DNA of 64,000 bases from Verrucomicrobiota bacterium (GCA_020630975.1 JAHDID010000006.1:91182-155181), one strand, 5' to 3'; shown: positions 35,908 to 46,201, counted from the first letter of the stretch. The notes: generated by a model from the letters alone, not told the origin. Made by a program: numbers and translations.

Positions 35908-36942
35908 TCACGCATTGCGCCAACCCTGCTCAGCCTCCATCAGGTGCTTGGAGGCGATTGGCTGCCAGTTCTCCTTCAGCGGGCTGGGTTTGGGCTCGCT
36001 CTGCGCTTGGGTCGTGGCGGCATCGATCTCTGCTACGATCGACTCTGCTAGTTCGGTGATCTGATGTTCGATCATCCAGCCTTTGGCGACGAGCTGCTCT
36101 TTGGCCACCTCGATACAGTCTCGGCCATGGTGCTCGTGCTTGGCGGTATCGGCTACATATTTGGCATCGTCGTGCTCACCATGCCCAGCTAGGCGCAGGA
36201 GTTTGCCGACGACCATCTGCGGCCCTTCGCCACGACGGGCTTTAGCGATCGCTTCGCGAAATGTTTCCACACAAGCCATCGGATCGGTCGCATCGATCGA
36301 GTAGCCTGCTACCCCATAGCCGACAGCTCGGTCTACCAGATCCTCGCAGGCAAACTGCCGATCAGCAGCCGTGGAGTAGGCATACTGGTTGTTGGCCACA
36401 GCCATCACCAATGGCAATTTCTCGATAGCCGCCTGATTCAGTGCTTCGTGAAAAGCCCCAGTCGAGGTGCCACCATCGCCGATGGTAGCAGCCCCCACAC
36501 AATCCGTCTCGCCACGGTGGCGTTTGGCGATGAGCGTGCCATTGACCACTGAGATCAGAGAGCCGAGATGCGAAATCATAGCAGGCATGCCCTGTGCCGG
36601 TAGGCCTCGGTGGATATTGCCATCGCGGCCTTTCATCGGACCTTTGACCGATCCCAAATAAGTACGCGCCGAGTCGATCAAATCCTCGCCGAAAGCCATG
36701 CGCCCCGCTTGATCACGAATCAGGCCAGCGAACACATCGCCCCCCGATTGATCCAACTGAGCTCCCATCGCTGCACTAAATGCCTCCTGGCCACGGCCGA
36801 GGTAGACCCCACCGACGATTTTTCCTGCGCGATAGAGCGCTGCGATCTTGTCTTCGAAGAAGCGACCGTATAACATCCATTTGAAGGTGTCTAGGTAGGC
36901 GTCTTTTAGCGATAGACCCGTATTGTCTTTGGCTGCCGTCAT
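35908..36942 (-). CDS. TPP-dependent 2-oxoacid dehydrogenase E1 alpha subunit
   Basis: GDGGTSTGAFHEALN...NNQYA TPP motif, GHGEHDD loop. Start moved to ATG 36942. Confidence 0.9.
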   Translation of the reverse strand: MTAAKDNTGLSLKDAYLDTFKWMLYGRFFEDKIAALYRAGKIVGGVYLGRGQEAFSAAMGAQLDQSGGDVFAGLIRDQAGRMAFGEDLIDSARTYLGSVKGPMKGRDGNIHRGLPAQGMPAMISHLGSLISVVNGTLIAKRHRGETDCVGAATIGDGGTSTGAFHEALNQAAIEKLPLVMAVANNQYAYSTAADRQFACEDLVDRAVGYGVAGYSIDATDPMACVETFREAIAKARRGEGPQMVVGKLLRLAGHGEHDDAKYVADTAKHEHHGRDCIEVAKEQLVAKGWMIEHQITELAESIVAEIDAATTQAQSEPKPSPLKENWQPIASKHLMEAEQGWRNA

Positions 36943-37059
36943 CTCGTAGTCTGTGACTGCGCATCTTAGAGCAGGAAAAAGCCAGGGCCAACGTTCTTTC
37001 GCGAAAGATTTCAAAAACCCGTGCGGTGAATCCACCAAAACTAATGTAAATTCCCATAG

Positions 37060-39105
37060 ATGAACGTCCCTTTTCGCAGCAAAGAAACCAGTTGGCTATC
37101 CTTCAATGACCGAGTGCTACAGGAGGCAGCCGACCCTACGGTGCCACTGCTCGAGCGGGTCAAGTTCCTCGGGATCTACAGTAATAACCTAGATGAATTC
37201 TTCCGCGTGCGTGTGGCTACCCTCAATCGTCTGATCTCTCTGGGCGACAAATGGAAAAAGCTCGGCATCCCTGATCCGAAGCTGACTCTGCGTAAGGTGA
37301 ACAAGCTGGTGGCCCTGCAGGCTACGGAATTCAATGCCACCTACGATCAGGTCTTCGCCGATCTCGCCAAAGAGGGCATCCGTCTGATCGATCAGACCCA
37401 AGTCCCACGCGGCCAATCGAGCTTTCTCAAAAAATACTTTCGAGAGACGGTGAGCCCTCATGTGCACCCGATCATACTCAAATCGTCTGCCAAGCTGCCC
37501 CAACTAGCAGATATGCCGATGTACCTCGCTGTGCGCTTGAGCAAAGATACAGGTCGCCCGATGCATGCGCTGATCGAGATCCCGCAGACGCTGCCACGCT
37601 TTATCCCCCTGCCCAAGACCGGCGACACCCAGCTGGTGATGTATCTAGACGACATCATCCGCTTTGCGCTGCCCGAGATCTTTCACACTTTCAGCTACGA
37701 CACCTTTGAGTCGTTTGCCATCAAGTTCACTCGCGATGCTGAGCTGGCATTCGACGATGACATCACGGAAAGTTACTTCGACCAGCTGTCAGACAGCCTC
37801 AAAGCTCGTGAGGTCGGTCTACCGGTGCGAGCCAACTACGACTCCAATACCCCCAAACCACTGCTCAACCTGGTGCTGAGAAAACTCAATCTCAGTGCCT
37901 CGGAGTCGCTCTACGGCGGTGCCCGCTATCACAATCGTCGCGACCTACTGTCTTTTCCCAGCTTTGACCGCAACGACCTGAAGAATGAGAAGAGCCGAGT
38001 GATCCCGCTGAAGGGCTTCAAGAAAAACTCTGCTAAAGGGCTTTTCCCTGCCATGCGAAAACGGGATCTTCTGATCCATACGCCGTATCACTCCTTCAAT
38101 CATCTGATCCACCTGATCCAGGAAGCAGCTATCGACCCGCTGGTGCGCTCGATCCGGCTCACTCAGTATCGCATAGCGAAAAACTCCTGCGTGGCTCGCG
38201 CCCTACAGTCTGCCGCGCGCAATGGCAAAAAGGTGACGGTACTGGTAGAGCCTCAAGCTCGATTCGACGAAGAAGCCAATATCAACTGGGCTGAGCGCTA
38301 CCAAGACGCCGGGGTAAACGTGACGCTCGGTGTACAAGGGCTGAAGGTCCACGCCAAACTGGTGCTCATCGAACGCGCTGAGTCTGGAGCATCGCGCTAC
38401 TACTCCGTGCTTGGCACTGGCAACTTCAATGAGGATACCGCCTCGATCTTTGCCGACCACATGTTGTTCACCTATAATCAGGAGCTGGGCAAAGATGTCG
38501 CTGCGATCTTCGATTTCTTCCAAAAACCTTATCACCCACCTACGCTAGAGCTCGTCAATGTAGCTCCGTGGGGGTTGCGCACCTTCATCCGCGCCAAGGT
38601 ACAGCGCGAGATCGATCTCGCCAAAGCCGGTGAGCACGCCGAGATCTGCCTGAAGATGAACAACTTCTCCGACCCAGAGATGGTCGAGCTGATCTCGCAG
38701 GCCGCCAAAGCCGGTGTCCAATTCCGCCTGATCGTGCGCAGTATGTTCTCGCTGATCATCGATGACAAGCAGCCCAATATCAAAGCCATCAGCATCGTCG
38801 ATAAGTACCTCGAGCACTCGCGGATGATGATCTTTGGCAATGATGGCAATCCCGAGGTCTATCTATCGTCTGCTGACTTCCTGCCTCGCAACTTCGACAC
38901 GAGGATCGAAGCGATGTTCCCAGTGCTCGATAAGAAGCTCTCCAGTCAGCTCATCCACTACTTTGAGCTGCAGTGGTCCGACAATACCAAGGCTCGGATC
39001 CTAGATGAAGACCTGAGCAACGACCAACGCCAGCCAGGAGCACCGGGCTCGGAGCCAGTCCGCAGTCAGGAGGAGATACAAAAATACCTGCGCTCTCTGG
39101 TGTGA
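37060..39105 (+). CDS. ppk1: Polyphosphate kinase 1
   Basis: SWLSFNDRVLQEA, NLDEFFRVRV, ARFDEEAN, LKVHAK, YLEHSR. Confidence 0.96.
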   Translation: MNVPFRSKETSWLSFNDRVLQEAADPTVPLLERVKFLGIYSNNLDEFFRVRVATLNRLISLGDKWKKLGIPDPKLTLRKVNKLVALQATEFNATYDQVFADLAKEGIRLIDQTQVPRGQSSFLKKYFRETVSPHVHPIILKSSAKLPQLADMPMYLAVRLSKDTGRPMHALIEIPQTLPRFIPLPKTGDTQLVMYLDDIIRFALPEIFHTFSYDTFESFAIKFTRDAELAFDDDITESYFDQLSDSLKAREVGLPVRANYDSNTPKPLLNLVLRKLNLSASESLYGGARYHNRRDLLSFPSFDRNDLKNEKSRVIPLKGFKKNSAKGLFPAMRKRDLLIHTPYHSFNHLIHLIQEAAIDPLVRSIRLTQYRIAKNSCVARALQSAARNGKKVTVLVEPQARFDEEANINWAERYQDAGVNVTLGVQGLKVHAKLVLIERAESGASRYYSVLGTGNFNEDTASIFADHMLFTYNQELGKDVAAIFDFFQKPYHPPTLELVNVAPWGLRTFIRAKVQREIDLAKAGEHAEICLKMNNFSDPEMVELISQAAKAGVQFRLIVRSMFSLIIDDKQPNIKAISIVDKYLEHSRMMIFGNDGNPEVYLSSADFLPRNFDTRIEAMFPVLDKKLSSQLIHYFELQWSDNTKARILDEDLSNDQRQPGAPGSEPVRSQEEIQKYLRSLV

Positions 39106-39162
39106 GGCGCAGGTATTTCTAACTACTACTGTTTAGATTATGATCGGGGCTGGATCAGTGCG

Positions 39163-39822
39163 TTACCACTGAACCTCATCGAGTTCTGAATATTGCTCCA
39201 GATAAGCATCGCAGCAGCCGCTCAGGACGATGGCGTCGCCCTGTTTGGTGGCTGAGATTGGGGAAAGTGCACGGACGATTTGACCGCCCACGGCTAAAAG
39301 AAGTCCAGGAATAAGGGTGACGATACTGAGGGTGACGGCACCCACTAGCACCATGAGTATCCCTAGGCCAGATAGAGTCCACCCTAGAGCCGTCTGCACT
39401 TTGTGGTTCTCGTTGGCTTTATTGCTCAAACCCAGCTCAACGACAACTGCAGGCTTCAGCCAAGAGACTGGATTGGTCGGAGAGCTCAGTCCTACGGACT
39501 TGGTGACCTTCGACTTACGGCCGGTCTTGGGGCACTGGTGAGTGTGCGGCATGGCTCCATTCTCAAAAAAGAGCTTTTTACCCGCTCGATAAGCTGTCGG
39601 CTGGGCAGCTGGCTGTGGAGCCTGCTCGACCGCCTGAGGCACTACCGCCTGGGGCTCGTCTGATGGCACAGGCAGCACATCCATATGGCCCTGCGCCGGC
39701 GGCACGGGCTGCTGTTGTGCTGGCGGCACCGGCTGGGCTACCTGTGCTGGTGGCACCGGCTGAGGCTGCGCTGGCGGCACCGGCTCAGGGGTCGGTGGGA
39801 GAGGTTGGGTTGACTGGGTCAT
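39163..39822 (-). CDS. Membrane protein with Pro/Gln-rich N-terminal repeats
   Basis: PVPPAQ repeated four times; CPKTG motif; two C-terminal TMs. Confidence 0.72.
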   Translation of the reverse strand: MTQSTQPLPPTPEPVPPAQPQPVPPAQVAQPVPPAQQQPVPPAQGHMDVLPVPSDEPQAVVPQAVEQAPQPAAQPTAYRAGKKLFFENGAMPHTHQCPKTGRKSKVTKSVGLSSPTNPVSWLKPAVVVELGLSNKANENHKVQTALGWTLSGLGILMVLVGAVTLSIVTLIPGLLLAVGGQIVRALSPISATKQGDAIVLSGCCDAYLEQYSELDEVQW

Positions 39823-40149
39823 TATTCTATCTGGTTGGATTTGGTTTATTTGTTGTAAAAAGCGTGTGGACCGGCGTTACCTTTTGCAGACTGCTATATT
39901 TCGCTCAATCCTTGGAAATTGTGACAAAAAAATTCTGAAATTCCTGTTACAATTGATGGGGATTTTATAGGGTTCGTAATCTTCAGTGTCGTTCTTTCAA
40001 AAAAACGTCCCTTTAGCGGAGGTTTTGTAGCAAGTAAAGTGCCAGTCACTCACAAAAAAACATGAGACAACACCACTGACGATTCCGTTGCAGATTTATT
40101 GCTTTTTTATAATCGTGACGTCTGCCCACATGTGGCTATGGTCGAATGC

Positions 40150-41325
40150 ATGTCGCCATCGTGGAAAACCCATATAAACGTCTGCTTTGCCCTCATCCTA
40201 CTAGCACTCGGTGTCTGGATGGCCTGGGACGACGCCACCTACCCCGGCGACATCGTGTTTCAAAGCTCTCTGGCACCGCTGTTTATCAGCCTAGTCACAG
40301 GAGCTTGGCTACTACTCGCACTGCTGCTGGCCATCTTCCCCAAGCGCTACCTTTTCCCGATTTTGGTGCTTTCCACCTGTCGCATGTCGCTGGGCTACCC
40401 GCTGAGTCACATCACCGATAGCAAGACCGCCTGCATCATCGTATCCATCGGCGTAGCAGTGCTGGCAGCCGTGTATCTGGCGATGGTACTGATCAGCCGC
40501 AAACACACTGCCGAGCGCCCATGGTTCCGCGTGGGCCACACCATCGCTGCGGTAGCCTTCTTTCTCCTGCTCGGCATCGCCTCTATCCCTCTGGGTATCG
40601 GCGGACTGGTCAAAGGTGCCAAGAGCCTGCTGGGCGATTACACCCAATTTTCCATGAAAGCCATCTCCATGGTCGAGCGCGGCTTCCAGAAAGATGGCAA
40701 AACCGTCTATCTGATCGGGATGATGCACATCGGCGATCAGAAATTCTACAAAGCTATCGATTATCGCATCCAGTCAGAAGTCTCTGGCACTCGAGTCGTG
40801 CTGACTGAGGGAGTCTCAGATGAAAAAGGCATCCTGCCCAAGTCATTTGCCTCCGGAGGGACCTACAAAAAATGGGCCGAGCGCTTCGGGCTGAAGATGC
40901 AAGACGCTGAGCGCCATGAAATGTCCAAAGCAGAGCGCAAAGCGCAGATGGAGGAATGGCAATCGCGAGGAGTCGAGATGATCAATGCCGATATCGACGT
41001 CTCGGAGCTATCCCCCGATCACCAGGAGCAACTCGTGGAGATCCTCTCAGCACTGGACACAGACAACATCGCCGAACTGCTAAAAGGCCCAGACATCACT
41101 GGTGAAGAGCTGGAATATCTGATGAAAGATGGCCTGATCGGCCAGCGCAATGACCACCTGATGGAACACATCGACGCAGCTATGAAACGCTCGGAAGTGG
41201 GCGAAATCCTAGTGCCATGGGGTGCTGCACACCTGCCCGATATCGAAAAAAGGCTATTATCACAAGGTTTTGAAAAAATAACCGAAGAAATCCGTCCCGT
41301 GGTGCGTTTCTGGAAAGGGAAATAA
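40150..41325 (+). CDS. Membrane protein with C-terminal TraB-like domain
   Basis: 5 TMs, then VYLIGMMHIGD..FY, VLTEGV, RN..L, WGAAHLP. Start uncertain (40099-40150). Confidence 0.65.
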   Translation: MSPSWKTHINVCFALILLALGVWMAWDDATYPGDIVFQSSLAPLFISLVTGAWLLLALLLAIFPKRYLFPILVLSTCRMSLGYPLSHITDSKTACIIVSIGVAVLAAVYLAMVLISRKHTAERPWFRVGHTIAAVAFFLLLGIASIPLGIGGLVKGAKSLLGDYTQFSMKAISMVERGFQKDGKTVYLIGMMHIGDQKFYKAIDYRIQSEVSGTRVVLTEGVSDEKGILPKSFASGGTYKKWAERFGLKMQDAERHEMSKAERKAQMEEWQSRGVEMINADIDVSELSPDHQEQLVEILSALDTDNIAELLKGPDITGEELEYLMKDGLIGQRNDHLMEHIDAAMKRSEVGEILVPWGAAHLPDIEKRLLSQGFEKITEEIRPVVRFWKGK

Positions 41326-41437
41326 GAAGTTCAGGAGAGCTGACTAAAAACGTTCAAAAATTTTTGCCGGAAGCTTAAAATTTTGAATAGCGTCGATCCA
41401 ATTCGATGTTATAATTTCCATAACACACCACACAGAC

Positions 41438-42616
41438 ATGTTAAAACCTTTTGTGACGCTAGGGGCGGCTCTCATAGTGGCCGTCTTTACTTTAGCAGCA
41501 TCTATCCAGGCGAAACTGGGTGGAAAAGGGCTGCCTTTCTCCAATAGCACTCCAGCGATGGACCAGGAGTTTCGCGACTCCTTCCGCCGTGATTTCTTGA
41601 TGCATACCAATATCATGCGCAATGAATTCACCGTGGCATCTCTGAAGAATGATCCGGAAATCGAAGCCTTCATCACCCAGATGGTGGCTACCGATGAGAA
41701 CCCAGAGAATATCGACCTGCATACCGTCTTCGACGCTCTGCAGCAAGAGTTCCCAGGAGCTCAGTACCTCGCCGCCAACCTCGTGTCGGCCGGCACTCGT
41801 GAGAGTCTGCTCGAACAGCTCTCAGCTTGGGACGAGCTCGCGCACCCAGAATTCCACGAGGTAAGCACAGCTCTCGTACCTGCTGGCCGCAAGTTGGTGG
41901 CTATGAGTGTGTTATCTCGCCGTATCCCACAGTTCTCAGTAGAAGCCGCTAATAATGGCGGTGGGCGCTTCTTCAACCGCTGTCCACACTGCAAGAGCGT
42001 GCATGCTCTGGACCTCGATCGGAAGAACAAAACACTCATCCTGAGCTGTCCCGACTGCGAGCGCCCTTACGATGTGCTGGCAGCCGACTCACAGGGCAAT
42101 ATGCGCCGTGCCTACGATTTCTTCACAGGATTCGAAATCCCATCGGAGACAGCTGTATCAGGGTCTAAAGAAGCCGTGCTAGCGCTCTGGCGCCAGGTAG
42201 CAGACCGCTGCACCTACGAGCATGACCAGACCAACTTCAATGAATCCGAGGTATGGAAACTCTCCGACGATACTTGGCGTGAGAAGATGGGTGACTGCGA
42301 AGACACTTCTATCCTACTCGTCGATGCGCTGATCACAGCTGGCTTCAACGCTCGTGTGGCGATCGGCTGGAATGGTAACATCGGTCAGCACGCTTGGGTC
42401 GTGGTAGATATCGAGGGCGAACAATTCGTCATCGAATCAACCATCCAAGAGAATCCGACTCTAGAAGACATGGTCCCAGTGCACGAAGCCTCGCCTTTCT
42501 ACCGCCCAGAGCAACTCTTCGACCGCGAGAGCCTCTACTTTCAGAACGCTAGCCCAGAGCATGTCTCCAGCGATTACTTCGGCGACCAACTCTGGACTCA
42601 GGTCTCGAAAAGCTAG
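41438..42616 (+). CDS. Exported transglutaminase-like cysteine protease with internal zinc ribbon and CAP-like N-terminal domain
   Basis: GDCEDTSIL and GQHAWVVV catalytic motifs; CPHC...CPDC. Confidence 0.78.
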   Translation: MLKPFVTLGAALIVAVFTLAASIQAKLGGKGLPFSNSTPAMDQEFRDSFRRDFLMHTNIMRNEFTVASLKNDPEIEAFITQMVATDENPENIDLHTVFDALQQEFPGAQYLAANLVSAGTRESLLEQLSAWDELAHPEFHEVSTALVPAGRKLVAMSVLSRRIPQFSVEAANNGGGRFFNRCPHCKSVHALDLDRKNKTLILSCPDCERPYDVLAADSQGNMRRAYDFFTGFEIPSETAVSGSKEAVLALWRQVADRCTYEHDQTNFNESEVWKLSDDTWREKMGDCEDTSILLVDALITAGFNARVAIGWNGNIGQHAWVVVDIEGEQFVIESTIQENPTLEDMVPVHEASPFYRPEQLFDRESLYFQNASPEHVSSDYFGDQLWTQVSKS

Positions 42617-42628
42617 ATCCCTGCCCAA

Positions 42629-42718
42629 ATTCAATAGGGTATAAAAATCATTCAATAGGGTACAGTAAAAATTCAATAGGGTACAGCGCGAGATTGCTCG
42701 TAAAGTACCCTATAGAAT
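42629..42718. repeat. Dispersed 21-bp-period repeat, locus 4 (3 reverse copies plus 1 inverted copy)
   Basis: TTCAATAGGGTA at 42630, 42651, 42672; GTACCCTATAGAAT at 42705-42718. Confidence 0.92.
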
Positions 42719-42979
42719 ATGGACCCTGTGAATCTAGTAGACCTCGACTTCATGGATGCCCGGGCACGGCTGCTCGATGTGGCATCCTTCCTCGATCGTG
42801 TGGAGCGCGCCGACCAGATGGACGACTACCGAGTCCAAGCGCTGATCTCCGCCGTGAGCCACCTACAGCAGAGTGGCCCCGACCGAGCCGAGGCGATCCT
42901 GCTATCACTCAGCGATCCATCCACAGAGCCGATCCCTGCCGCCCACACCAAAGGCGCTGCGGGCGCATTTGAATCGTAA
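42719..42979 (+). CDS. Small hypothetical protein
   Basis: 86 aa, host-like codons, FMDARARLLDVASFLDRVER; 16 nt upstream of the TatD-like gene. Confidence 0.75.
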   Translation: MDPVNLVDLDFMDARARLLDVASFLDRVERADQMDDYRVQALISAVSHLQQSGPDRAEAILLSLSDPSTEPIPAAHTKGAAGAFES

Positions 42980-42995
42980 CCGAGGATTTATCGCC

Positions 42996-43799
42996 ATGAG
43001 ATATATCGAACCACACGCGCACATGGTCAGCCGTACCACGGCAGACTACGAGGCCATGGCCATCGCCGGCTGCGAAGTCATCTCCGAGCCTGCATTCTGG
43101 GCGGGCTACGACCGCAGCACCGAGCAGGGCTTTTACGACTACTTCTCGCTGCTCACCGGCTTTGAGCCCCAGCGGGCGGCGAAATTTGGCATCCAGCACT
43201 ACACCTGGATGTGCATCAATCCCAAAGAAGCGGAAGACATCGGTCTCGGACAAGCTGTGATCGATCTGATCCCAGAATTCCTCACCAAAGATAATGTGCT
43301 CGGCATCGGCGAGATCGGGCTGAATAAAAACAGCAAAAACGAGCTGGAGATCATGGAGCGCCACATCGCTCTAGCCGATGAGCACGATCAACTGATCTTG
43401 GTGCACACACCCCACCTCGAGGATAAGCTCAAAGGCACCAAACTCATCATCGACGCGCTGAAAAACTTCTCCAATCTCAAGGAGGAGCGCGTCATCATCG
43501 ATCACGTCGAGGAGCACACTGTGGGCCTGGTGAAAGATGCCGGCTACTGGGCTGGCATGACACTCTATCCCGAGAGCAAGCTCACCGCTCGCCGCGGCAT
43601 CGATATCGTCGAAAAATTTGGCTCCGACCAGATCTGGATGAACTGCGCCTGCGACTGGGGTGTGAGCGAGCCGATGGCCACACCCAAAGCCGCCCAGATG
43701 ATGCGCCAGCGCGGCCATAGCGCGGAGGAGATCGACAAAGTCTTTTACCAAAATCCGAAGAGCTTCATGGCCCAAAGCCCAAAGTTTAAGCTCGGCTAA
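42996..43799 (+). CDS. TatD-family metallohydrolase (EboB-like)
   Basis: EPHAHMVSRTT.DYEAM, EPAFW.G, NPKE, IGEIGL, VHTPH, IDH.EE. Start moved to ATG 42996. Confidence 0.85.
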   Translation: MRYIEPHAHMVSRTTADYEAMAIAGCEVISEPAFWAGYDRSTEQGFYDYFSLLTGFEPQRAAKFGIQHYTWMCINPKEAEDIGLGQAVIDLIPEFLTKDNVLGIGEIGLNKNSKNELEIMERHIALADEHDQLILVHTPHLEDKLKGTKLIIDALKNFSNLKEERVIIDHVEEHTVGLVKDAGYWAGMTLYPESKLTARRGIDIVEKFGSDQIWMNCACDWGVSEPMATPKAAQMMRQRGHSAEEIDKVFYQNPKSFMAQSPKFKLG

Positions 43800-43876
43800 T
43801 CCAAGCAAACTAGCGTCTATAGGCCGGTTATTTTCGATTCAGCGACTCGATCGCTGCTGCCATGTTGTATACCATT

Positions 43877-45223
43877 ATGGGTATGGATACTTCGAGACGA
43901 GCATTTACCAAATCGATAGCAGGTGCAGCAGCCATCGGCTTCCCCTACATCGGCTGGAAGACCACTGGCGGTGCCGCCCCATCGAATCATGTGCGCTTTG
44001 CCAACTTCGGCGCTGCGGGTCGAGCCGGGGCAAATATCAATGAAATGCTCGCCGTGCCGAATACCTCGCTGGTCGCGGCAGCGGAGATCGATACAGCTCG
44101 CCTGAAGAAGAGCCAGGAGGCTCGCCCAGACACTCGATTCTACCAAGACTGGCGGGAACTACTCGATAAAGAAGCTGACAATATCGATGCCGTGATCGTC
44201 GCAACTCCTGATCACATGCACGCACCGATCGCGATGAGCGCCATGCAGCTGGGCAAACACGCTTACTGCGAAAAGCCGCTGACTCGCACCCTAGACGAGT
44301 GCCGCACGCTTCAGACCTACGCCGCGGAGAAAGGCCTGATCACCCAGATGGGCAATCAAGTCGGCTCAGCGATGAGCAATCGCTCCGCTGTGCAGTCGCT
44401 ACGCGACGGCCTAATCGGCAAAGTCAAAGAAGTGCACAGCATGGTGCCCAAATCGTGGGGAGCGATGAAGCCTCTCCCCGACAGAACCGATCCTGTCCCC
44501 GATACACTAGACTGGGATGGCTGGCTCGGTGTCGGCCGACAGCGCGACTACATCAGTGGCGAGTTTCACCCCGGGCAGTGGCGCAAGCGACTCGACTACG
44601 GCACGGGTACGCTGGGAGACATGGGCTGTCACATCTATCACCCCTGGTTTCTCGGCCTAGACCAGCCAGTCCCTCTCGCCATCACATCGCATGGCCCCGG
44701 CCCAGTCGATACCGATAGCTGGCCGCTAAATGGCCGCGTGGTATACCACATGCAAGGCACAGAATACACTGATGGAGACTTTGAGTTTACCTGGTATGAC
44801 GGCCAGGCACGCCCTGATGAAAGGATAGCCAAAGCCGTAGGCGGTGCCGACAAAATCCCTCCAGCAGGTAGCGTGATCATCGGCACCGAGGGCACGATGG
44901 TGATTTTTCACTCCTTTGATGGGGTGCCACTCTTTTATCATGAAGGCGAGCGGGTCAGAATCCGCCCCAGCGTAGTGCCATCTGTCTCACACCACGGAGA
45001 GTGGGTCGCCAATATCCGTGGCGATGCTGAAGACAAACCTGTATCGCACTGGGACTACGCCGGGCCGATGACCGAAGCCGTACTACTCGGCTGCATCGCC
45101 CAGCGACTACCTGGCAAGATGCTGAACTGGGACGCGAAGAATCTGCGCTTCAGTAACTCCGACGCGGCCAATGAACTGGTAAAGGAGGAATATCGCTCTG
45201 GCTGGGAGATCGAGGGACTGTAG
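43877..45223 (+). CDS. Tat-exported Gfo/Idh/MocA oxidoreductase
   Basis: SRRAF twin-arginine signal; [23 protein letters not shown]. Confidence 0.92.
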   Translation: MGMDTSRRAFTKSIAGAAAIGFPYIGWKTTGGAAPSNHVRFANFGAAGRAGANINEMLAVPNTSLVAAAEIDTARLKKSQEARPDTRFYQDWRELLDKEADNIDAVIVATPDHMHAPIAMSAMQLGKHAYCEKPLTRTLDECRTLQTYAAEKGLITQMGNQVGSAMSNRSAVQSLRDGLIGKVKEVHSMVPKSWGAMKPLPDRTDPVPDTLDWDGWLGVGRQRDYISGEFHPGQWRKRLDYGTGTLGDMGCHIYHPWFLGLDQPVPLAITSHGPGPVDTDSWPLNGRVVYHMQGTEYTDGDFEFTWYDGQARPDERIAKAVGGADKIPPAGSVIIGTEGTMVIFHSFDGVPLFYHEGERVRIRPSVVPSVSHHGEWVANIRGDAEDKPVSHWDYAGPMTEAVLLGCIAQRLPGKMLNWDAKNLRFSNSDAANELVKEEYRSGWEIEGL

Positions 45224-45287
45224 GTGATAAGCTCACATTTCCCGTTGACCCCTGCACACCTTATCCTAACAGTGGCGCCACTAAATT

Positions 45288-45797
45288 ATGAGCGAAGAAA
45301 AAAGCGATCTACCTAAGGTGTATTTTGATATGACGGCAGACGAGGAGCCTCTCGGCCGCATCGTCATGGAGCTGCGCTCCGATGTCGTGCCCAAGACAGC
45401 AGAGAACTTCCGCTGCCTCTGCACCGGCGAAAAAGGCATCGGCTACAAGGGCAGCACCTTTCACCGTGTGATTCCCGATTTCATGTGTCAGGGTGGCGAC
45501 TTCACCAATCACGACGGCACTGGTGGCCAGTCCATCTACGGTCGCGAGTTCGACGATGAGAATTTTGAGCTGAAGCACGTCGGCGAAGGTATCCTCTCCA
45601 TGGCCAATGCCGGTCCTAATAGCAATGGTTCTCAGTTTTTCATCTGCACAGTCGAGACAGACTGGCTGGATGGAGCTCACGTGGTATTCGGCAAAGTCGT
45701 CGAAGGCATGGACGTCGTGAAAGAGATCGAAGGCTTTGGCAGCCGCAAAGGCCGCACCTCTAAAGTCATCAAGATCAACGACTGCGGCGAGCTCTAA
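45288..45797 (+). CDS. Cyclophilin-type peptidyl-prolyl cis-trans isomerase
   Basis: [48 protein letters not shown]. Confidence 0.96.
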   Translation: MSEEKSDLPKVYFDMTADEEPLGRIVMELRSDVVPKTAENFRCLCTGEKGIGYKGSTFHRVIPDFMCQGGDFTNHDGTGGQSIYGREFDDENFELKHVGEGILSMANAGPNSNGSQFFICTVETDWLDGAHVVFGKVVEGMDVVKEIEGFGSRKGRTSKVIKINDCGEL

Positions 45798-45886
45798 GTG
45801 CTCGCCCTCCCCCGCCCCAAAAAAACCTGTTAATTTGTACGTTATTATTCGCCCTGGTGTGGATAATTTGTTGCGCTGCCAAACTG

Positions 45887-45908
45887 TATGGGTAACCATA
45901 TAACCATA
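45887..45908 (+). promoter_or_regulatory. Probable autoregulatory operator of the TA operon
   Basis: TATGG-N4-CCATA dyad (45887-45900) plus tandem TAACCATA x2 running into the antitoxin ATG. Confidence 0.5.
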
Positions 45909-46201
45909 TGAAAACTACGATAGAACTGCCCGATGCCCTGCTACGTGCAGCAAAGATGCAGGCTATCGATGAGGGGACTACGCTCAGAGAGCTAGTCATC
46001 TCTGGTCTACAGATGCGGCTTTTCGGTGGCTCCGCATCAGCCTCCGACAGTACCGTCATGGTGAATGAGTCTCCCACCTCAACAAAAGACCTGCAGCACT
46101 TTGATCAGGCTGGCTGGCCTATCGTAGAGCGCCAAGCAGGCGACACCACAGAAGTGACAGACGCGATGGTAGATGACCTGCGCGCAGAGCTAGGGGTATG
46201 A
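45908..46201 (+). CDS. Antitoxin, ribbon-helix-helix (VapB-like)
   Basis: MKTTIELPDALLRAAK..A...G.TLRELV..GL; ATGA overlap with the PIN gene. Confidence 0.85.
   Translation: MKTTIELPDALLRAAKMQAIDEGTTLRELVISGLQMRLFGGSASASDSTVMVNESPTSTKDLQHFDQAGWPIVERQAGDTTEVTDAMVDDLRAELGV

Noticed and set aside
42629-42718. 21-bp-period arrays as a CRISPR array
   Set aside because: Spacers are only 4-5 nt of A/T, arrays have 2-3 units, and no cas genes are present.
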